DNA of 12,537 nucleotides from an uncultured cyanobacterium (GCA_963807635.1 CAWEDJ010000030.1:1-12537); one strand, 5' to 3'. Positions 1 through 8,486 are shown, counted from the first letter of the stretch. Translations and numbers: made by a program. Notes: generated by a model not told the origin, from the letters alone.

Positions 1-151
1 CTAACTAAAAATGACTGTTCTAAAGACTATAATTTCGTTGGCTTCTTTTTTAGTGACATTTCTGAGTATGATTGAATACAGATAATATCAAAATTCAATT
101 TAAGCTTTTTGAATCCAACAGAATTTAGTATGAAAGAAATAGGTCATCACA

Positions 152-3100
152 GTGGAAAAAGAAAGCAAATTTATCGTTTTATTAGTTGATGATTCCGAAA
201 GCGATCGCCGTACCTATCGACGCTGGCTAACCCAAGGAAGTTTTGGTCAGATTACCTATGAAGTTGTGGAATTTGAAACAGGAGAAGAAGCATTAGTTTG
301 GTGTCAAAAGCAAATGCCAGACATTTTTCTGATTGATTACTTATTACCTGGTATGACAGGGTTAGATTTTTTATGTGAATTAAAACAAGAATTTAGTCTT
401 GAAAAAGTTCCTGACATTATTTTAACCAGTCAAACCAATACACTAATTGCAGTTGAGCTAATTAAAAATGGAGCAGAAGATTATTTAGACAAAAATCAAC
501 TAACCGATGATGCTCTCAGGCGATCAATTTCGGCAATTCTTAAACAATTTCAGCTTTTTAATCAGTTGCAAGCGGCAGAAATAGAAGGGGAAAAAAGTAG
601 ATTTCTCAGAAAAACCCTGGACAATCTCTCTACCTTTGTGATGGTACTAACTCCCGATGGAATTTTATTAGAAGTGAATCAACCTTCCCTTAGAATTTCT
701 GGCTTAAAGCGGAAGGATGTGATCGGTAAAAATATTGAAGAAATTTATTGGTGGCAGTATGGTTCAACCGCTTCAACCATTATTAGCAATGCCGTTAAGC
801 AAGCGGGACAGGGTGAAAAAGTGCGCTTTGATATTCCCATTCAAACCGTTGCTGACGAATTGATGAATGTGGATCTGTTTTTTAATCCCCTTTTCGACAG
901 TCGGGGGAGAGTTATTAATATTATTGTTTCAGGGACGGATATCAGCGATCGTAAACAAACAGAAATTGCTCTCCAACAAAGCGAAAGTACCAAGCGGGTA
1001 ATTTTGGAAACGATCCCTGATTTACTATTACACCTCCGTCGAGATGGAACTTGTCTTAATCACATCGATCCTAGGGTTGAACTAGACAAATTTTTACCGA
1101 TTACCAATCATATTTCAGAAGTTCTTCCGCCCGATTTATTAGAAAAACAATTAGAAGCCATTGAAAGGGCGATCACCACAGGAAAATTACAAATTTATGA
1201 ACATCAATTTTTGAAAAATGGTTTGATCAACTATGAAGAAATTAGGATTTTAGCCCTGAATGAGCAGGAAGTTTTAGTGATTGTTCGTAATATTAGCGAT
1301 CGCAAACAGGCAGAAATCACCCTCAAGCAGAGTGAAATGACTAACCGAGTCATGTTAGCAACAATGCCCGATCTACTGGTTCAGATGGATCGACAAGGAA
1401 ATTACATTCGTAAATCAGGCGGAAGCGATGTTCGAGTAATTGAACCTGAAAAAGTTTTGATCAAACTGCAAATCCATGATATTCTACCGCCTTACTTAGC
1501 CGAGCAGCAGCTTTATTACGCGAATCTAGCCCTAGATACTCATAAACTTCAAGTCTATGAACAAGTCGTAGAGTTTGAGGATGAGCGACGCTACGAAGAA
1601 GTACGGGTTGCCCCCGTTAATGATGATGAAGTATTGATGATTATTCGCGATGTTACTGACCGCAAACGAGCTGAAATTGCCCTCCACAAACAAGCTTTGG
1701 TGTTTGAAAATATTTCCGATGGCGTTATGATCACCGACATGAAAGGGGAAATTATTGATTGGAATAGGGGAGCGGAACGTTTATATGGTTATACCAAAGC
1801 AGAAGTTTTGGGGAAAAAACCTAGAATGTTGCATAAAATAGAAGAGGCAATGGAATTAGAATCGGAAATTATCAGTGAGACCTTACAAAAAGGTTCCTGG
1901 TCAGGTGAATTAACGATTCTCAGAAAGGATGGCATAGAAAGAATTACGGAAACTTTTACAGTCATTTTGCGGGATCAAGCAGGAGAAGCGATCGGACTAG
2001 TCGGAGTGAATAGAGATATTAGCGATCGTAAAGAATCTGAAAAAGTGATACGACAGCAAATTCAACAGGAACAATTATTATTTTCTGTGAGCCAGGCGAT
2101 CGGTCGATCCCTAGATTTGCAGGAAATTTTAGCGACAACAACCAGGGCAGTAAAAGACATCTTACAAGTCGATCGTGTGACAGTTTACCGTTTTAATCCT
2201 GATTGGAGTGGGGATTTTATTGTTGAGTCAGTTGATGAAAATTGGGTAAAATTACTGGACAAAGATAATCCCATTATTTGGAAAGATACCTGTTTGCAAA
2301 AAAATCAGGGCGGACGTTTCCGTTATCAGAAATCTTATGTGGCTTCCGATATTTATCAAATGAATCTCAAAGCTTGTCATCTCGAAATTTTAGAGACCTT
2401 TCAAGCCAAAGCCTACGTCGCTTCTCCTATTTTTACGGGGGATTCTCTTTGGGGGTTACTCGGAATTTATCAAAATACAATGCCCCGTGATTGGCAACCC
2501 TGGGAAATAGAATTATTGGAACAAATTGCAACCCAACTCGCGATCGCTATTTATCAATCGGAACTTTATGAAAAACTGCAAAAAGAACTCCAGGAACGCC
2601 AAAAAATGGAAGTAGATTTACAACAATCAAAAGAACAGTTTGAACTAGTCATCCAAGCCTCGAATGATGGTTTTTGGGATTGGGATTTTATCACCAACGA
2701 AATTTATTATTCTCCCCGTTGGAAAGAAATGCTCGGTTACGAAGATCATGAACTTCCCAATACCCTAGAGACCTGGCGATCGCTGATTTCCCCAGAAGAT
2801 TATGCGATCGCAAATCAATTAATCAAAGATTATCGCACAGGTAAAATTGATCACTTTTCCATGACCAAGCATTTTACCCACAAAGACGGCTCTACGGTTT
2901 ATATTATGGCTAGGGGAATTTATCTTAAAGATGATCAAGATCGGGTAATTCGTATGATTGGAAGCCATTCGGATATTACCGAACTCATGAAAATTCAATA
3001 TGAATTAGAAACCTCTAAACAATCTTTACAACTCGCCACTGAACAGCTCAAAGTTAGAGTCGATGAACTCAAACAACGCAATGCAGAAATGCTGATTCTC

Positions 3101-4087
3101 AGTGAAATCAATGATTTTTTACAGTCCTGTATCACTGTCGAAGAAGCCTGTCGAACAGTCGCAACTTTTATACAACCTTTATTTCCAGACTCTTCGGGAG
3201 ACATTTCTGTTATTAATAACTCTCGTAACTATCTAGAAAAAGTTGTGTGCTGGGGAAAAAACTGTGATATTGATAACTTTTTTGAATCCAACGATTGTTG
3301 GGCATTGCGACGAGGAAAAGTTCATCACGTCACCGAGCATTGTCAAAAGTTACTTTGTAATCATATTCTCCTTGAACATCCCCCCCTTGAATCCCTTTGT
3401 ATTCCCCTCATTGCCCAGGGAGAAACTCTCGGTTTATTCTCCTTGGCAGTTTTTAAAGTTGACCAACTCAGTGAAGCACAAAAACAATTGGCGGTAACCA
3501 TTGCCGAACAAACTAGTTCCGCGATCGCTAACTTAATGTTGCGAGAAAAATTACAACTTCAAAGTATTCGTGATCCCTTAACGGGTTTATTTAATCGTCG
3601 CTATCTAGAAGAATTTTTAACAAAAGAAATTCATCGTGCTAACCGCAATGGATATTCCATTGGCATCATTATGATCGACCTGGATCACTTCAGAAATATT
3701 AATAATACCTGGGGTCATGATGCGGGAGATTTTGCCCTAAAGGAAGTGGCGAATCTCCTGCAAAAAATGATTCGGTCTTCTGATACCGCCTGCCGTTACG
3801 GGGGAGAAGAAATGACGTTAATTTTATCGGAAAGCTCCCTCGAAAATACGGCGAAAAAAGCAGAAGAAATCCGAGCCGCGATCGCCAAACTCCCCTTAAA
3901 TTACAATGACGAGCTACTTATCAAAGTCACTTCCTCTTTCGGTGTCGCTTGTTTTCCCGATCAAGGTAAGACCGTTAAAGAGATTATCCAAGCCGCAGAT
4001 ATTGCCCTGTTTCAAGCAAAAGCTAACGGAAGAAATCAGGTAATTGTTAGTTGTGAATCTGTAGATAAAATGAGTCACGTTGAGTAG
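152..4087 (+). CDS. Multi-sensor diguanylate cyclase: REC - 4x PAS/PAC - cyanobacteriochrome GAF - PAS/PAC - GAF - GGDEF
   Basis: 1311-aa ORF with GTG start. N-terminal receiver domain (LLVDD, IDYLLPG phosphoacceptor Asp, GAEDYLDK). PAS modules end in DISDRK/NISDRK/DVTDRK. Bilin GAF with DRVTVYRFNPDWSG, WKDTCLQKNQGGR, CH and LWGLL (about 2108-2566). PAS3-like DGFWDWD...YSPRWKEMLGY. C-terminal RDPLTGLFNRRY, DLDHF, NNTWGHDAGD, RSSD I-site (3773-3784) and RYGGEEM (GGEEM 3800-3814). Confidence 0.93.
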   Translation: MEKESKFIVLLVDDSESDRRTYRRWLTQGSFGQITYEVVEFETGEEALVWCQKQMPDIFLIDYLLPGMTGLDFLCELKQEFSLEKVPDIILTSQTNTLIAVELIKNGAEDYLDKNQLTDDALRRSISAILKQFQLFNQLQAAEIEGEKSRFLRKTLDNLSTFVMVLTPDGILLEVNQPSLRISGLKRKDVIGKNIEEIYWWQYGSTASTIISNAVKQAGQGEKVRFDIPIQTVADELMNVDLFFNPLFDSRGRVINIIVSGTDISDRKQTEIALQQSESTKRVILETIPDLLLHLRRDGTCLNHIDPRVELDKFLPITNHISEVLPPDLLEKQLEAIERAITTGKLQIYEHQFLKNGLINYEEIRILALNEQEVLVIVRNISDRKQAEITLKQSEMTNRVMLATMPDLLVQMDRQGNYIRKSGGSDVRVIEPEKVLIKLQIHDILPPYLAEQQLYYANLALDTHKLQVYEQVVEFEDERRYEEVRVAPVNDDEVLMIIRDVTDRKRAEIALHKQALVFENISDGVMITDMKGEIIDWNRGAERLYGYTKAEVLGKKPRMLHKIEEAMELESEIISETLQKGSWSGELTILRKDGIERITETFTVILRDQAGEAIGLVGVNRDISDRKESEKVIRQQIQQEQLLFSVSQAIGRSLDLQEILATTTRAVKDILQVDRVTVYRFNPDWSGDFIVESVDENWVKLLDKDNPIIWKDTCLQKNQGGRFRYQKSYVASDIYQMNLKACHLEILETFQAKAYVASPIFTGDSLWGLLGIYQNTMPRDWQPWEIELLEQIATQLAIAIYQSELYEKLQKELQERQKMEVDLQQSKEQFELVIQASNDGFWDWDFITNEIYYSPRWKEMLGYEDHELPNTLETWRSLISPEDYAIANQLIKDYRTGKIDHFSMTKHFTHKDGSTVYIMARGIYLKDDQDRVIRMIGSHSDITELMKIQYELETSKQSLQLATEQLKVRVDELKQRNAEMLILSEINDFLQSCITVEEACRTVATFIQPLFPDSSGDISVINNSRNYLEKVVCWGKNCDIDNFFESNDCWALRRGKVHHVTEHCQKLLCNHILLEHPPLESLCIPLIAQGETLGLFSLAVFKVDQLSEAQKQLAVTIAEQTSSAIANLMLREKLQLQSIRDPLTGLFNRRYLEEFLTKEIHRANRNGYSIGIIMIDLDHFRNINNTWGHDAGDFALKEVANLLQKMIRSSDTACRYGGEEMTLILSESSLENTAKKAEEIRAAIAKLPLNYNDELLIKVTSSFGVACFPDQGKTVKEIIQAADIALFQAKANGRNQVIVSCESVDKMSHVE

Positions 4088-4192
4088 ACTGACTGTCTTG
4101 CAGAAACATAATCCACAGGTCTAAAATATTCTCCAGACAAAGATCGATTCATCTCCAGACCATGAGCAAGGAATTTGACCCAACCCTCAGTC

Positions 4193-4236
4193 ATAGACTA
4201 AAGACTATCAATTTCATCTTATAGATAGAGATATAT
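4193..4236. promoter_or_regulatory. Putative NdhR/CcmR-type LysR operator upstream of flv4 (perfect ATAG-N8-CTAT plus a 1-mismatch second site)
   Basis: ATAG-ACTAAAGA-CTAT at 4193-4208 and ATAG-ATAGAGAT-ATAT at 4221-4236, about 120-160 nt upstream of an operon known to be induced by low inorganic carbon. Confidence 0.6.
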
Positions 4237-4354
4237 AGATGATGCTAATCAATCACTTTAGAAATTGGTATTTTACAAATTCAGGTTTGTCAGGCAACTA
4301 TAGGAGATAGGAACACTCATTTCGCAAGAAACAAAAGTTTTGGAGGTTTTACAA

Positions 4355-6085
4355 ATGGTTGCACTGACTCAACGCCCTCTTCAATCTAAGCCTGCCCAAC
4401 GCTTAACAATGCAAACTGTGGCGATCGCGCCAGAAACAACGGCGATGCGTTCCTTAGACTGGGATCGAGAACGATTTGATATCGAATTTGGTTTACAGAA
4501 TGGGACGACCTATAATTCGTTTTTAATTCAAGGGGAGAAAGTTGCTTTAGTTGATACCTCCCACCGCAAATTTCAGCAATTATATCTGGATGTTTTGTTG
4601 GGATTAATTGATCCTAAAACGATTGATTATTTGATTATTAGCCATACGGAACCCGATCATAGTGGCTTAGTTAAGGAGATTTTAGAATTAGCACCGCAAG
4701 TCACTGTCGTTGGGGCTAAAGTCGCCATTCAATTCCTAGAAAATATGGTGCATCAGTCGTTTAACGTTCTTCAGGTCAAAAGCGGTGATCGCCTGGATTT
4801 AGGCAAGGGCCATGAATTAGAATTTATCTCTGCACCGAATTTACATTGGCCCGACACGATTTTTACCTATGATCATAAAACCCAGGTTCTCTATACCTGT
4901 GATGTGTTTGGAATGCACTATTGCGATGATCATACCTATGATGAAAATTTGTTTTTAATCGAAGAAGATTTTCACTATTATTATGACTGTTTAATGGGGC
5001 CAAATGCGCGATCGGTACTGGCGGCATTAAAACGAATTGAAAAGCTTCCTATTACTCAAATTGCCACTGGTCATGGGCCACTATTGCAACATCATATTTC
5101 TGATTGGGTGAGTCGCTATCAACAATGGAGCCTTGAACAGTCAAAAACCGAGACCCTGGTTGCCCTGTTCTATGCCGAAGATTATGGCTACAGCGATCAT
5201 CTTGCCCGCAATATTGCTCACGGAATCAGCAAAACGGGGGTTCAAATAGAGTTGATTGATATTAGCAATACGGATCTTCAGGAAGTCCGAGAATTAGCCT
5301 CCCAGGCCACAGGATTAGTGATTGGAATGCCTTCTCAAAGGGATTTGACAGCTTCGGCAGCAATCAGTACCATTTTAGCGGCCACGAATCGCAAACAAGC
5401 GATCGCCCTATTTGAGTCGGGAGGAGGAGAAGATGAACCGATTTATCCCCTACGCAATAAGTTTCAGGAAATTGGACTCACGGAAGCCTTTCCGCCGATT
5501 TTAGTCAAAGAACCCCCCAATCCCCTACTGGATCAATTATGCGATGAAGCAGGAACCGATCTCGGTCAATGGTTAACTCGCGATAAAACCATTAAACAGC
5601 TTAAATCCATTAATACTGATTTAGAAAAAGCGTTAGGCAAGCTGAGTAGCGGACTGCAAATTATTACTGCTCAAAAAAATGAGATTTCCAGTGCCATGTT
5701 AGCTTCCTGGGTGACACAAGTGAGCGAAACACCGTTAGGAATCGGTCTTGCCGTAGCCAAAGATCGGGCCATTGAATCTTTTTTACACATTGGCGATCGC
5801 TTTGTTCTCAACGTATTGGAAGAAGGGAATTATCAGGGCTTAATGAAGCATTTTCTCAAACGATTTCCCCCTGGAAGCGATCGCTTTGCTGGCATTAAAA
5901 CCTACCCTGCTAACAATGGTTCTCCCATTCTCGCTGATGCCCTAGCCTATATGGAATGTGAAGTTACTAGCCGCATGGACTGTAACGATCATTGGGTGAT
6001 TTATAGTACCGTCCAAAACGGCAGAGTCGCTAATGTGAATGGGTTAACCGCAGTTCACCACCGCAAAGTTGGCAACCATTACTAA
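4355..6085 (+). CDS. flv4: Flavodiiron protein Flv4 (Sll0217-like; beta-lactamase-like diiron, flavodoxin and flavin-reductase domains)
   Basis: Canonical diiron ligands SHTEPDHSG, NLHWPD, TCDVFG, TGHGP; C-terminus HHRKVGNHY. First gene of a flv - membrane protein - flv triad. ATG 4355 is preferred over TTG 4340 because GGAGG lies at 4342-4346. 576 aa. Confidence 0.9.
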   Translation: MVALTQRPLQSKPAQRLTMQTVAIAPETTAMRSLDWDRERFDIEFGLQNGTTYNSFLIQGEKVALVDTSHRKFQQLYLDVLLGLIDPKTIDYLIISHTEPDHSGLVKEILELAPQVTVVGAKVAIQFLENMVHQSFNVLQVKSGDRLDLGKGHELEFISAPNLHWPDTIFTYDHKTQVLYTCDVFGMHYCDDHTYDENLFLIEEDFHYYYDCLMGPNARSVLAALKRIEKLPITQIATGHGPLLQHHISDWVSRYQQWSLEQSKTETLVALFYAEDYGYSDHLARNIAHGISKTGVQIELIDISNTDLQEVRELASQATGLVIGMPSQRDLTASAAISTILAATNRKQAIALFESGGGEDEPIYPLRNKFQEIGLTEAFPPILVKEPPNPLLDQLCDEAGTDLGQWLTRDKTIKQLKSINTDLEKALGKLSSGLQIITAQKNEISSAMLASWVTQVSETPLGIGLAVAKDRAIESFLHIGDRFVLNVLEEGNYQGLMKHFLKRFPPGSDRFAGIKTYPANNGSPILADALAYMECEVTSRMDCNDHWVIYSTVQNGRVANVNGLTAVHHRKVGNHY

Positions 6086-6086
6086 T

Positions 6087-6128
6087 TAGTTGATAGTTGA
6101 CAATCAATAATTGATAACTGACAATTCA
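6087..6128. repeat. Degenerate heptamer tandem repeat (STRR-like), 6 units
   Basis: TAGTTGA TAGTTGA CAATCAA TAATTGA TAACTGA CAATTCA immediately after the flv4 stop. Confidence 0.65.
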
Positions 6129-6155
6129 TCGTTCATTTAATTAATACCTAAAAAA

Positions 6156-6682
6156 ATGTATAAATCCACTAAAAAAGCCGATTCGCTCCACTGGTATGAG
6201 GTCAATCGTACTCGCGTGGTACGAGGTCTAGAATCTATTCAAGACATGATTGTGATTTGTTTATGTGTGGGTTTGTTTGCTTTCATGGTACTGGAAATCC
6301 GTGATTTGTTTCTCTCTTTGTTACCGCCTCTAAATTTTCAGACAGTAACTTCGGATATTCTCTTTTGTTAATTCTGGTCGAATTATTTCGCCTGTTAATT
6401 ATTTATCTCCAAGAACAGCGTGTATCCATTGGAGTTGCCGTTGAAGTAGCCATTGTTTCTGTGTTGCGTGAAGTCATCGTTCGAGGAGTTCTAGAAACCA
6501 ACTATAGCCAAGTTTTAGCCACCTGTGCCTTTTTATTAGTTTTGGGAGCCTTACTCATCGCTCGTGTTTGGTTGCCTCCGACCTTTGAAGGGATTGATCC
6601 CGAACAACGGATTGCTCAACGTTATCAGTCAAAAACTGAAGCCGAAAATCCCGAAATTATTGTCCCCAATAATCATCATTAA
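6156..6682 (+). CDS. Sll0218-like small membrane protein (PsiE-like family), split by a 1-nt frameshift at about 6363-6366
   Basis: ORFs 6156-6371 and 6365-6682 join into one 175-aa protein (...TSDILF-LLILVELFRLLIIYLQEQRVSIGVAVEVAIVSVLREVIV...) if T4 at 6363-6366 is T5. Four hydrophobic segments. Lies between flv4 and flv2 as in the Synechocystis sll0217-0218-0219 operon. Confidence 0.85.
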
Positions 6683-6710
6683 CGAGAAAATTATTCTTGC
6701 CGAGGTACTT

Positions 6711-8432
6711 ATGACTACTGCTACCCTTATCCCCACTCGTCCGAGAGATGTTCAAGTTACCGACATTGGTAGCCATACCCTGATTTTGCGATCGCGGACT
6801 TGGGAACGTCTCAAATTTGAAAGCGAATACTCCCGCCAAAAAGGAACGACTGCCAATTCCTATCTCATTCAAGCTGATAAAACGGCTTTGATTGATCCGC
6901 CAGGAGAATCTTTTACTGATATTTTCCTCGCAGAATTAGCCCAAAATATTGATTTAAGTCTCCTCGACTACATCATTCTCGGTCATATTAATTCCAATCG
7001 CCTGACGACGCTGAAAGCCCTGCTGGAAAAAGCCCCTCAAGTTAAAATAATTTGTTCACGTCCTGGCGCAAATGTTTTAAAAACAGCGTTTCCTGACGGG
7101 GAAAGACAAATTGAAACCGTTCGTAACGATGATCGCCTGGATTTAGGGCAAGATCATCACCTCCAATTTATTACCGCTCCCACCCCTCGATGGGCCGATG
7201 GCTTATGTACCTACGATCCCGCCACTCAAATTCTTTACACCGATAAATTTTTTGGGGCGCACGTTTGCGAAGATGCGGTCTTTGATGAAGACTGGAAAGC
7301 CTTAGACGGCGATCGCCATTACTATTTTGATTGCATCCATGCCGCCCAAGCCAAGCAAGTCGAAGCCGCCTTAGACAAATTTACCGCCCTCAGTACCAAG
7401 GCCTATGCCCCCAATCATGGCCCCGTCGTCCGCTATAGTTTAAGCCGCTTTAGCTACGATTATCGTCAGTGGTGTCAACAACAGAAGTCCCAGGAATTAA
7501 AGGTTGCTTTACTCTATGCCTCTGCCTACGGGAATACCGCGATCGCGGCCAATGCCATTGCCCAGGGACTTATTCAACAAGGAATTCAAGTCGAATCGCT
7601 TAACTGTGAACTTGCCGATGCCGCTACTATTACCCAGGCTATTGAAGCTTGTGATGGCTTTATTATCGGTTCTCCCACCTTGGGGGGTCATGCACCGACT
7701 CAAATTCAAACCGCTTTAGGAATTGTGCTTTCTACCGCAACAAAAACGAAATTAGCTGCCGTTTTCGGCTCCTATGGCTGGAGTGGAGAGGCCATTGATC
7801 TCCTAGAAAATAAGCTCAAAGATGCTAATTATCGTCTCGGCTTTGACACCCTACGAATTCGCTTTAGTCCGACGGCGGCAACGTTGCAAGAATGTGAGGA
7901 CGCTGGTGCAGAATTTGCCCAAAACCTCAAGAAAAATAAGAAACTACGAGCCTCTCACCAATCCGTCACCAAACCCCACAGCGATCGCACGAAACAAGCT
8001 GTTGGACGCATTATGGGTTCTCTCTGCGTTGTCAGCACTCGTCAGGGAGAAACCCACCGAGGTATTCTAACATCTTCGGTTTCTCAAGCCAGCTTTAATC
8101 CGCCTGGATTAATTATCGCCGTTGGAGAAGAGCAGAATGCAGAGTTAATGTGCCATCCTGGGGATAAATTTGTGCTGAATATTCTCAAGGAAGGCCGTAA
8201 TGTCCGACGTTATTTTGACCGTCAAAATCTTCCCGACAACAATCCTTTTAGCCATCTAAAAACCCGAATCGCCGATAATGGCAGCTTAATTATTGATGAA
8301 GCCTTGGCTTATCTAGAATGCACTGTGCAATCTCAGCAACAATGTGGTGATAGTTCCTTAATTTATGCTGTGATCGACAAAGGCGAAGTCCTAGAAACCC
8401 AAGGCGTTACCGCCGTTGTTAACAGTTTTTAA
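6711..8432 (+). CDS. flv2: Flavodiiron protein Flv2 (Sll0219-like, non-canonical diiron site)
   Basis: Paralog of the upstream gene with Flv1/Flv2-type substitutions (GHINSNR for SHTEPDH, TPRWAD for NLHWPD, TDKFFG for CDVFG). Flavodoxin motifs YASAYGNT, GSPTLGG, FGSYGWSGEA. ATG 6711 has GAGG at 6702-6705; the ORF-track start at 6564 overlaps the upstream gene. 573 aa. Confidence 0.88.
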   Translation: MTTATLIPTRPRDVQVTDIGSHTLILRSRTWERLKFESEYSRQKGTTANSYLIQADKTALIDPPGESFTDIFLAELAQNIDLSLLDYIILGHINSNRLTTLKALLEKAPQVKIICSRPGANVLKTAFPDGERQIETVRNDDRLDLGQDHHLQFITAPTPRWADGLCTYDPATQILYTDKFFGAHVCEDAVFDEDWKALDGDRHYYFDCIHAAQAKQVEAALDKFTALSTKAYAPNHGPVVRYSLSRFSYDYRQWCQQQKSQELKVALLYASAYGNTAIAANAIAQGLIQQGIQVESLNCELADAATITQAIEACDGFIIGSPTLGGHAPTQIQTALGIVLSTATKTKLAAVFGSYGWSGEAIDLLENKLKDANYRLGFDTLRIRFSPTAATLQECEDAGAEFAQNLKKNKKLRASHQSVTKPHSDRTKQAVGRIMGSLCVVSTRQGETHRGILTSSVSQASFNPPGLIIAVGEEQNAELMCHPGDKFVLNILKEGRNVRRYFDRQNLPDNNPFSHLKTRIADNGSLIIDEALAYLECTVQSQQQCGDSSLIYAVIDKGEVLETQGVTAVVNSF

Positions 8433-8436
8433 ACTT

Positions 8437-8456
8437 TGTGTTGTAAATTACACACA
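8437..8456. terminator. Weak AT-rich hairpin between the convergent flv2 and txlA stops
   Basis: TGTG-T-TGTAA-A-TTACA-CACA inverted repeat in the 54-nt gap; no strong U-tract. Confidence 0.3.
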
Positions 8457-8486
8457 TTCAGGAACAATCTCGTTTCTGTCTAAAAA

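Noticed and set aside
11..76. 21-codon hydrophobic ORF MTVLKTIISLASFLVTFSEYD
   Set aside because: No visible SD, at the window edge, and hydrophobicity is expected from T-rich sequence.
3800..3814. GGEEM as an inactive cyclase site
   Set aside because: The GG(D/E)E core, the metal-binding DLD and the substrate-binding N..GH..GD residues are intact; the fifth position tolerates hydrophobic change.
20..4208. 11-bp direct repeat CTAAAGACTAT at 20-30 and 4198-4208 flanking the cyclase gene, a possible target-site duplication
   Set aside because: Several exact 11-mer matches are expected by chance in 12.5 kb of AT-rich DNA. There are no terminal repeats or transposase, and the second copy is part of the putative operator.
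6564..6710. 49-aa N-terminal extension of Flv2 in the ORF track
   Set aside because: It overlaps the sll0218-like gene. ATG 6711 has an SD and gives a length matching the paralog.
4355..8432. Assignment of the two flavodiiron genes as flv3/flv1
   Set aside because: The intervening Sll0218-like gene, the gene order and the low-carbon-type operator fit flv4/flv2 better. A phylogeny would settle it.
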